Source: Minisyncoccota bacterium (lineage in GTDB: Bacteria > Patescibacteriota > Minisyncoccia > Phycocordibacterales > UBA2100). From it: DNA of 64,000 nucleotides. The notes below the pieces were generated by a model, which saw only the letters and a list, made by a program, of their open reading frames with translations, was not told where the DNA came from and searched no databases. The stretch is taken from contig JALHPE010000001.1 in NCBI GenBank assembly GCA_022842645.1, positions 7,711 through 71,710 of the forward strand. Reading direction: 5' to 3'. Positions 35,185 to 45,700 of this stretch are shown here, piece by piece; within the stretch, counting starts at the first letter, position 1; each line of letters opens with the position of its first letter. The position numbers and the translations under genes were made by a program.

Positions 35185-36074
35185 ACCTGCATCTGCGACA
35201 GTGCACTGATACGCTCTTCTACAGGCGGATGTGTTGCAAAAAGCTTTGCAACAAACCGCCCCATGTCGTGCGCACCAAAAGGATTTGAAATGAAGAGATG
35301 CGCTGTTGCGTGATTGGCGCGCTCCATCGGCGCTTCGTGGGAGGAAATCTTTACGAGCGCAGAGGCGAGCGCATCTGGATAGCGCGTAAGGAGCGCGCCC
35401 GAGGCATCGGCGAGGAACTCTCGGCGGCGCGATATGGCGAGTTGAATGAGTTGCGCGGCAATCGGCGCAAGAAGAATGCCAATAAATCCAACAGCCATGA
35501 GAATGATATTTGCTCGCGCATCCCTGTCCCCCGCACCATAAAACGACGCGCGGAGAAAGAAGTCGGCGAGCATTGCAACAAAACCAGCAAGCACGACGGC
35601 AACCGTCATCACGAGAATGTCGCGGTTCCCGATGTGTGCGAGCTCGTGCGCTACCACGCCCTCAAGCTCGCTTCTGTCGAGTCGCTCTAAGAGACCTGTT
35701 GTCACCGCAACGACCGAGTGCTTCGGGTTTCTCCCTGTTGCAAAGGCGTTCGGTGCCGGATCATTCACGATGAAGACGCGCGGCTTGGGAAGCCCTGCAG
35801 TAATCGCAAGATTTTCGACAATGCGATGGAGTTCGCGGTAGGTGTTCGGATCCGCCTCGACTGCTCCCGTGGAAGACAGCGCCACTTTATCCGAAAACCA
35901 ATAGGCCGAGATATTCATGAAAAGCGAGAATGCGACCGCAACCCACAAAATCCCCGGCTGTTGTAAATACCACGCCGTCACATACCCAATAGCTACAACA
36001 AAGACGAGAAACCCGCCCATAAGGAGCCAGGTGCGACGGATGTTTGCTGCCTGATGCGTGTATAAACTAGCCAT
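35181..36074 (-). CDS. htpX: Zinc metalloprotease HtpX (M48 family)
   Basis: HEXXH seen as VVAHELAHIGNRD, four TM segments, 297 aa. Confidence 0.9.
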   Translation of the reverse strand: MASLYTHQAANIRRTWLLMGGFLVFVVAIGYVTAWYLQQPGILWVAVAFSLFMNISAYWFSDKVALSSTGAVEADPNTYRELHRIVENLAITAGLPKPRVFIVNDPAPNAFATGRNPKHSVVAVTTGLLERLDRSELEGVVAHELAHIGNRDILVMTVAVVLAGFVAMLADFFLRASFYGAGDRDARANIILMAVGFIGILLAPIAAQLIQLAISRRREFLADASGALLTRYPDALASALVKISSHEAPMERANHATAHLFISNPFGAHDMGRFVAKLFATHPPVEERISALSQMQV

Positions 36075-36115
36075 ATCTGTTAGCCTATCTTCAAAAAAAC
36101 CAAAATCAAGTGTAT

Positions 36116-36676
36116 TTAGAACTTCACTGGAACCGGCTGACGCGCGGCCTCCTCACTTTCCGCAAGCGCAAAGAATTCGCTCGGCTTGAAGCCAAATGCG
36201 GAACCGATGATGTTTGAGGGAACTTGTTCGAGCGCGTTTTTCAATTCCTGCACGACGGAATTATAAAAGCGGCGTGCGGCTTGGATTTTATTCTCCGTGT
36301 CGGAGAGCTCACGCTGAAGCTCGAGGAAGTTGGTATTTGCCTTCAAGTCTGGGTAGCTCTCTGCGACAGCAAAGAGTGATTTAAGAGCACCCGTAAGCAT
36401 GTTTTCCGCGGCGGCATGTTCTTCCACGGTGCCCGCATTCATCGCCTGTGTGCGCATCTCCGTCACTTTCGCGAGCGTCTCTTTTTCGTGCGTCGCATAA
36501 CCTTTCACCGTTTCAATAATGTTCGGGATGAGGTCGTAGCGGCGTTTGAGTTGCACATCAATATCAGCCCATGCTTCCTGCACACGATTAGTAAGCGCAA
36601 CGAGGCGGTTGTAGCCCAGAATCGCCCAGAGGACGACGGCTGCAACAACACCGAGAATTATGTATAGGATTGTCAT
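36116..36676 (-). CDS. lemA: LemA family protein
   Basis: N-terminal TM helix plus the conserved LemA region (YNRLVALTNRVQEAWADIDVQLKRRYDLIPNIIETVKGYATHEKETL). The htpX-lemA pairing is common. Confidence 0.85.
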   Translation of the reverse strand: MTILYIILGVVAAVVLWAILGYNRLVALTNRVQEAWADIDVQLKRRYDLIPNIIETVKGYATHEKETLAKVTEMRTQAMNAGTVEEHAAAENMLTGALKSLFAVAESYPDLKANTNFLELQRELSDTENKIQAARRFYNSVVQELKNALEQVPSNIIGSAFGFKPSEFFALAESEEAARQPVPVKF

Positions 36677-36701
36677 GTCTCCATTTTATCACACGACTAT
36701 C

Positions 36702-39700
36702 TTATCTCAACCCGCCCGGAGGAACCGCGCACCCGGCAGGATTTGGTTCGGCTTCGCAGAGGCATTGGATGAACGAATTGATTGGTTGTTCTGGCTCGCA
36801 GGTGCGCACGTCCTCTGGCGTAGGGTTTCCACTTTGCCCGCTGGACCCGCCCCCTCCTCCATTTCCACTGCCCGAACCGCTTCCGCCTGTGCCTACGGGC
36901 GTGCTCTGACTTCGCGCGATTTCTTCCGGCGTGAATATACGCTCCGGATCAGAATCGTCGCCACGCACACGCACCAGTGTCTCATGCAGAAGTTTATCGG
37001 TTGTATTCTTCGTGTTGCACACCAAGCCAAAACGAGTCGATTCGGTGATTGTTGGCGAACTGATAGATCCGTTCTGAGGGCCACGATGGAAGACTTTGAA
37101 GTCTGCGCTTATAACAGCGCACGTTGAGCTTCCGACATCGGTCCCGACACTCGACCACGAAAGCGTTGTTGTGGATCCAGAAGTTATGAACGAGGGATTA
37201 GCAACAATTGCACCCACGATAACCACCGGCTGCGGAGTGGATTGCGGCTCAGTCGGTGGTCGAGGAGGCTCTTCCTCCCCTCCTCCACCAAAATCAAAGA
37301 ACGCAAATAAGCCCTGGAGGAGTCCTTGCAAAACACTCATCCCACCGCGAGAGAATCCGCCCGAGCCACTGCCAGAAGAAGGAGGACTGCCGGGCACATC
37401 TCCAGAAGCAGAATCTTCAGGGGTGGAATCCCCCGGCGCACGACCATTTGTTTTTCCACTAGAACCAGAATCTGCATTGGCGCCAGGAGCACCACCTTGT
37501 CCGCCACGATCGCCGTTTGCACCCCCATCTGCAACAGATCCTACGCCGCCTCCGTCTCCTCCTGTTGCATCTTGTTGTGCCTTCTCTTCTTCTCCACTTT
37601 CACCTGGCGTAGCGGGTGCAACTCCTTGTGGCTCACCACTTTGCGATTCAGAGGGGGGCGCATCTCCAGGAGGCGTAGAAGTAAGAACACCACTATTCTG
37701 ATTTTGAATGGTCGTGTCGGGAGTAGATGGCGCTTCTGACGTAGCAGGAGTTTCTAAAGGCTCTTCTCCCCCAGGCATAATCGCATACACCCCCGCGCCA
37801 CCTAATAACATACTGACCGCCGACAAACATGAACGGAAGCCTGTACACATATCCCACGCTCTGCGTGCAACAGACGTTTGATTAGAGGGTGTATTTTGGG
37901 GCGATGCCGTGTTTACCCCTGCTCCCGAGCCGCGTGCTTGCGCCTCAGCCGTAGCCCCCCTTGCGTAATCATCAAGCGCACCTCGTGCAAGCGCGAGCAC
38001 TTGTGGATCATCTAGCTTGGCACCGTTTGCAAGTGCCCCATCAACGTCATCGAGCTTGCGTGCAGCATTGTCATACAACCCGGAAGCTGAAGTACCCTTC
38101 GTTATTACAGCCTTTTCGATCGCTACATCGCGAAGGAATTTAATCTCTGCAATCTGTGCTTCGCGCGCAGCTTGTGCGCGCGACCACTCATCAAGGCGTT
38201 TTATAAAATCATCGTTAATTGGAGCCACATCCCTACTAACTGGAGCTACAGCCTCAGGAACCACAGCGGCTGGAGGAGTGTCTGGAATGGGCGGTGGGGT
38301 TGGGGTGGTATCGCGCGGAATCGGAGGCGGCGTTTGCGGGAGCGGAGGTGGAACCGCATCAACAATCGGCGCACGTGGAAGATTTGCATTAGGCAGTGGT
38401 GACGGCGTTGTGGCTGGTACGTCTGGAAGTGCATCTCGAGCCAGGGCACCTGTGGGTAAAACGTCTCTTGTAAACCACCCACGTAACGATTGAGCTGCGT
38501 CTCCGATCGATGATCGAAGAGATGTCAAAGAGAAACCTTCCGAAACAGGCACAAGCGCATCCGCTCGATCCGGTACAAATGCACCAGCTTCTCCTAACGA
38601 ACCTTTTATTTCTTTTTCCTTTTGCCCCGGACGGAACGTGAATGGCGAAGGGGGAATGGACGGTGGAGTAGTCACTTGTGTATTTGGCGGTGGCGCAATG
38701 TCTGCAGCTACGACAGGCGCAGCAGATGGCGGGCGTGGCGTATCGCGGACAAGAGCAACAAAACTCGGTGACTCCGGAAGAGTTGGTGCAGGTGTGCCAG
38801 GCGAGCGTGGAGTTGTGGGCACAGGCACTGCCGGTGCCTCAGCCACAGCAGGAGTGTTGTCGGCAACAGTAATTACAGAAGGAGTTGGTATATCCTCCAC
38901 ATCAACTGCTCGAACAACTACATCAAAAGAACTATTCGCGATCACGGTTGGAGCAGAGATAGTATCAAAAATCGCGAGGGCAGTTACAACTTCTCCATGA
39001 GATAACGATTGGACGGTCGGGATATCTACAGCGGAGACTGTACGAACTTCCGGAATAGTAGAAACTTTTGCTAATAATGTATTTATTTCGATGACCGCAT
39101 TCTCAACTTTTGCTCCCTGAGAAGCGATTCTTGCTTTGAATTGAGCTTGGTTCGCGGCTTTGCTAAAAATATTACGTGCATAAAAGTTATCAACCTCCTG
39201 AGCCAAACTGCTCACATTTGTGCGCGCTATTTTCGCCTGCTCCAATAATCCTTCTCGAACATCACTGGGCACGAGAGGATTTTTGGCGACATTCTCTGCT
39301 GCGTCCGCTAATCTACCGACACCTGAACGCAAAGAGGGAGATGTGTTTTTTAATATCTCAAGGCCATCTAAACCTCCGATTTGCCTTGCTCGCAATAGTT
39401 CTTCCTGCATTACCTTTAAACGTCTAATACTCGGGGGTATAGCAACTTGTGCTTTTGCCAAATCTGCTTCTGCGGCAGCCACTAATTCTTTTCGAGGATT
39501 CGGTGCTATTGGCGGGTTTGTCTCAGAAACCAACATTGAAGTAGGAGAAGGGGGCGGGAGACTCTCTTCTGCTGCTCGGCGTGCACGTGCGGCAATCTCT
39601 GACAAATCGGCCAAAACAGTCGCTTGATCGGGGGAGGAACCGATGCCGGCGCGCCACACTTCGTCCATGGCAGCAAGTTGTTTACGCAAAATTTCCGTCT

Positions 39701-42700
39701 CCCCAAGTGGTAAACTTTCTCGACGAAGATCTGCAACGAGGTTCTCACGTAATACCTTCGTAGCTTGTTCTTCAGCACGACGTGCAATCTCATTCGGATC
39801 GCCTTGTATTCTACTGCGCCCGATCCCCTCTTGGTACTGCCGATTTGCAATCTCAATCGCACGCCGATTTGCTTCGACGGAGACATTTTGATTCGCAACC
39901 TCTCGAGTGGCTTCGGGACTTGGCGGTTGGTTTCCTCGAACAAAATTCCTCACGTTATTCATAAGACCTTCGATACGATTTCCTGCTGCAATGACACCCT
40001 CCGTCACACCGTATAGAATCGCATTCTGTATACCCGCACCCGAAGTCTCATTACCCACCGAATTCATAGCAGGGGTATCCCCGCTTTGAGGAACATTTGC
40101 AACAACTGTCGGGCCATCCAGAGCTTGAGGAGCATCCGCAACTACAGGTCTCGCAGCTGGTGTTGGTTCGTTTATCAATTTTGGTTCTGTGGATATCTGC
40201 GCCACATACGTCTCTGTCCTTGAAAAATCCGGACTTATAGGGCGTGTTGCGGCGATGATGGGATTATCTTGATTAACAATTGGCGTTGCCCTAACATCCA
40301 GCGGCGAAGGAACATCTGAATAGACTTGAGCAATTTGCGCTTCTACTGCTGCTTCCCTTCCTAACGCGGCCTTCATCAGACCTCCTAACCCACGATCGCC
40401 AATAGGGATTTCTGACACAACGCTCTGATCCGGCCTAAGGATAAAGGGTGATCTGCCACCATCAAGATCCTGCGCTATACGGGGAGCATCCGGAGAGACT
40501 GCGGATTCGGGCACCTGGGCAATCTGCGTACGTGGCAACTTCGCCACGGCATCGATATCTGCCTGAATAACAACATCTGCTGCCGTCATCTCTGCAATCG
40601 TAGGCTCGGTTCCCAGATCAGGGCGGCCTGCTATATTTTTTGCAAGGGCACTTTGGTATCGCTTGTATGCTTTTGTGTCTTCAAACCCAGCCTGTTTCAG
40701 TGCCGAAGCGATTGAGCGATTATATGCAAGAGAAGTTGCTACATCCGGATTCGGAGTAATTGGGTCAAGCGTGCGAGCACCGATTATCATTTTTGCCGCC
40801 TCACGTTCGCGCTGGGCAAGTTGTATTTTCGCTAGATCTTCGCTGGCTCTCGCTGGCAGACCTCCCGCCGGTGCACCCAAAGACGCTTCACGGAAGTTTG
40901 CAAACCCCGCGAGCACGTCCGCCTCACCAGTCTGGTGATTTACAATACGGATATTCGGATTCCATGCGCGAGCGGCATCAGCCATAATGAGACTGCCCAG
41001 TACCTGCCCACCATCAGGCAAATCCCCTTTTTGCATGACGGTCTCCACACCGATACCCCGGTGACCAAACTGGCGAGCATGGGCGTAGTATTCATCAAAA
41101 GGAGTGAGTATGCCTATATCCACCACTTTCTCACCGGCAATATTTGTCTGGGTTCTTCCTAGGTACGCTGACACATACACGCCTGAGCCTCTTCCGTTGT
41201 TTGCATTTGACTCAAGGATTTTGAACATATCGTATGTATTTGCACGTGTCTCGTGAAATACCAATAAGTCTCTCTGTGCAGGAGTACGGACCCTACCAAC
41301 GTTCTCACGATTAGCCCAAACGTCGTTCATATACCACAATCGAACTGTGTATGTCTCTCCATTAAATGGAATTTTTTTAACCGCAACTGAAACATCTACC
41401 TCACCTTTTCGCGCCGTCCTGACTTTCAGTGTTTGCATGGTTGCATCCGGCAATATAGGCAAACTTGATGGATTAATAGTTGCCCCCGTGCTGCACATTT
41501 TTGCGTCAGTGCAGACAGCGGTTGCAACCGCATCGTTACTCGCAGGGACAGGTGCTGTTGTATTTGTGGGCTCTGAAGTTGGGTTACTGGGAGGAACTTC
41601 GCCGTCTCCTGAGCGCACAACCGGGTTCGCGACCTCCGGAGGAGTATTTACTGCTCCCTGATTCGCATTCGGCACCTCAGCAATTGCAGTAGGCCTTGAT
41701 GTTTGAGCGTACCACTGAGCCGCTGGTTCTGAGCCGAATACTTTTGCAAGACCGTCACGTAACGCCTCATTTGTAATGGGATCCTCGATTCCATATCTTG
41801 CCAGTGCTGGATATTCTGCTTTAAAGATTCCCTTCGTTAGAGCCGCCCGAGCAGCAAGATCGTTGCGCGCAATGGGTGTAGTAAGTGTAAGTCCCCCTGT
41901 TTCTGCATGGCGCAAACGAGACAAATCATCAAAGGAACCGTTGATCACATCAGTACCAACCCACAACTTAACCACATCGTTATAAGTTTTTGCATTTACG
42001 TACGCTGGTTGGTAATCCAATTTTGCTGAAACCATAGCCGCAGCGTCTGCGTGAGAGGCAAAACATGCGTATGGAGCGTTGCAAGATATGATATTTATTT
42101 TCTCGGGCACAACCTTTGTTAAGTCAGGCTTGCCATTGACAATTGGGACATCGTTGAAAAGCTCTGGTTTGATTTTCTGTACTTCGCGCACACCTTCCCA
42201 TTTCATTCCCCCGAGATTGTTTAATTCTTTAGCAGCGGCAACATGCCTCGAACGAACGTCGACATTTCTCCATTGAGTTTGATTTCCTAAAAAACTTACC
42301 CTACTGGTATCACTACCATCGCGACCAAAAGAAAGAGTGACGGGGCTTTTCTCCCCCGTAACCACACTAGCTGACACAGAGTCTCCTGCTTGCGCAAGAC
42401 CAATCGAAGAACCTTCCGGCATAAAAAGAGAAAATGGAGGGAGCGCGGCGGGATTCGGAGTGGCTGCAAGTCCAACGATGACAGCCGCTTGCTTTAATAC
42501 ACGACCAACTGGCGTCTCGCCTATTCGAGACAAGACTGTAGGGGCGGATGGTATCAAACGATCGACTCCTGCTCCGCCTACAAGAGAATCTATCCCACTT
42601 CCCCCACTTGGAACATTTGATGGGGCATTTGAAGCGCGCATAACTGGGGGAGGTTGGATATTGCGAAGCGGAATACTCTCCACGTTATTGATTCCAGACA

Positions 42701-45700
42701 CACTTGGCACCTCGACAGCACGCCCCCTTGAAGGGATTGCCGCAGGAATCGCATCGGACACGGGCGTAATCGGCGGCTCATATAATACAAGTGCTCTACT
42801 TGGCGGAAGCGGTGCGTCTGGGCGAATACCGCTGAGTGCAGCTCTTACTTCTTGCGCATCAGGTCGCAGATCAAGCTCAGGATGGTATACACGATCCGCA
42901 AAACGTTGCGCAGCAACTGTCTCAAACTCTGAAGCGGTACCCGACCATCTTCCAGCAGTAATTTCATGGTTGAGTCCGCTAGTGACGGAGCGACCCATGC
43001 GATCCGCAAGAACCGCAGCATCAGTACTTAAACCTGCAGTTGGAGGACGAAATACCCCTGAAGCAATGGCGTAATCGTCGCGCGCAACGTCGAGAGCGAA
43101 ATTACCCAAACCCCTTCCTATGGCTCCCGCTTGTTTAAAAGTGACAATACCAAGAGGTCCGACGTATTGTGTCGAATCAACAATAAAAGCTCCAAGTGCA
43201 GAACGGGGGCTGCGCGCGAGTCCAGCGATTTGCACATCCGTGACCGGAGTAACTCCAAATATAGACGAGACGTTAGAAGCCCCATCCCACAGACTTTTCA
43301 TGACACCTCCACCAAAAAGTTTCGGGTAATTCCCCTCACGCCACGCATTTTGTACAACTTCGCCCCAATAATCTGAACGCTCCTGCAGCCACTGAGGAGG
43401 AGCTTCAGTACCTGTAATGGTATTAATTCTTTGTTGCAGAGAAGCATCGGTGACTTTGCCCTGAAGGATTTGATCAATCCGAGCGTTTGTGAGGGTCAGA
43501 TTACCCTGCGGATCGTACCATCCAGGACCTTCTGTGCCGGCGATGCCTTCCAACGTGAATGGAGTAAGCGCTGATTCAAGCATGACTCTTCCCAAACTCA
43601 TGTCCCCACGCTGATACGCATCAATCATTTCAGAGAAACTCAAATTGCTCTGGAGAGCATCTTGTTTCTGCTGAATGAGTTGCGGTAGTATTTCTCGCAT
43701 TGCAAGTTCCTCGCGCGTCATGGTCGCCGGGTCACGCTTCATAAACGCTACATAATCCGACGCACGCGGGTCGTTCGTTAGAAATCCTAGAGTATTACGG
43801 CTCGTATTAATATCGCCCTCAACGTCTGAAAGTTGTGCTCCTAGCGAAGCAATCTCCTGACGTCTATCGTAAAGAAGTCCTGTATCTCTAGGAGAAATCG
43901 CGACATCATTCAGGGCATCTATTTCAGAGCGCAACTGAAGTGCGCGCAGATTTGCTTTATCAAGCGCGCTCTGAGCGCGATACCGCTCGTCTAAGACACT
44001 TTGCACGGGATCGCTGATGCGCTCCTGATATTCCCGATTAACTTCCGCAAAACGAGCACGAGCTGCTTCAAGGTTATTTACAGCCTCAAATCGCTCTTTC
44101 TGCAACGTATCAAGTGGCGCTGCAACAGAGCTAAAGTTCGCCAGGGCTTCTTGTTGTACCCGTGCTGACGCATTTGCTTCCGCAATCGCAACGCTCCGCT
44201 CTTGGAATAATGCACCCCTCTTTGCATCAACCGATGAAAACGTCTTCGTCAAACGATCATTATCGGTATTGAATGCTTCGCGAAGTCCGTTATGTTCATT
44301 CGCTAGACTTTGATACCGTTGAAAATCTGCTTGGCTTAATTTTTTTCCATTTGCCTCCGCTTTTGCGTCCAGTGCGGAGAGCTCTGTGCGTATGGCATCC
44401 ATCCGCGCGATTCGCGCCTCTTGTTCGGGATACGTACGAACCCGCGCGATCACATCCTCCGTTTTGCTGGTCATTGCCCCCACTGTGTTTGTCTCGACTG
44501 TTGTTTTAAACGTGCGTTCCGCCATGACGCATCCGTTTGTTTGCGCACACAATGACTCTTCTGCGGCATTCTGCGCTGCAATCGCTGTATTTTTCTCCTG
44601 AATCGCGGCCTGACTACGAGCTTCTGCCTGCGCGGCATCTCGCACAACCGCCTCGCGCGCCGCCCTCATTCTTAAAACCTCCTCTTCACTCCGCCCCCCT
44701 GAAATAGATCCGTTTTGCGAAAGATTTAATTGCGTATTCTCACTATTTTTTAGAACGTCTTGCAAACGCCTCTCCGCCTGAACGACATCTTGCGCCGCTT
44801 CGATGCGATCGCGCTCGATGCGTAAGAACGTTTTGTCTGTTTCGCCAGTTTGAGTGCCTTTTTCTCCTGCAAATGTATCAATACCAACTCGAGATCCTTC
44901 GGACACCCCGGTGCTATACCCTGGCAAACCCTGTTTTCTAAATGCATCGTCGCTAGGTCCGCTTGGGGAGTTCTTAAGACCCGCCTGTTCATTAGCCGCG
45001 ATTGTGGGGTTGATCTGGTTTAGGGGATCCTGCACACCACTCGGTCCCCCGGCGTTCTGCGCAAGATACCGAAGACTCTCCTGTCGACTCGCTTCTCTCT
45101 CTACTCCGTCCAGCGCCGCAATCGCTTGGGCACGATCAGATAACTGAAGCCCCAGCGAGTCACCAAGTTTTGTAAACCATGCACGATTGTCTGGTTGTTC
45201 TTCCACCGCCGCCTTGAGCGCAAGCGCCTCGCCTGAGGATATGAGTTCCCCTCGCGCCTGTTTTTCGAGTACATATTCAGCAACTCCCTTCTGAAATTGC
45301 TCCGGCGTCACACCTTCGAATTGTTTTATAACATCTTCTATTGAAGCAAGGGAATCTAGGTTCGATTCTTCTGGGCGACTTCCCATGCTGTCGAGAATTG
45401 CTTTGCTTGTTACCAACTCCCCACTATTCACATCAACTATTTCCGCTTCTCCGAATGGGCTCTCTGTAAATTCGGTTGTGTTTAATGTGGGGTCAACGGA
45501 ACCGGTGGCTAATGTTTTCAACCCGGCCCACGCCTCTGCCGCAGTTGCTTTCGCGGTTTGCCACATTCCATTCAAGCCATCCGCAAGAGTTGAAACTGTT
45601 GACGGCCGAGATGTCGGAAGAGCAAAAGGATCAGGAGATCCTGTATTGCTGAAAGTTCCTGTCGGGCGAACAAGATCACCCAACCCCTGATAAAACGAAC

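Noticed and set aside
37096-43074. Multiple plus-strand ORFs (for example 37096-37701, 38017-38493, 42337-43074) rich in Pro/Gly/Ala/Ser
   Set aside because: All are antisense to the 3287-aa giant gene and low-complexity. They are artefacts of codon bias in a long GC-rich ORF.
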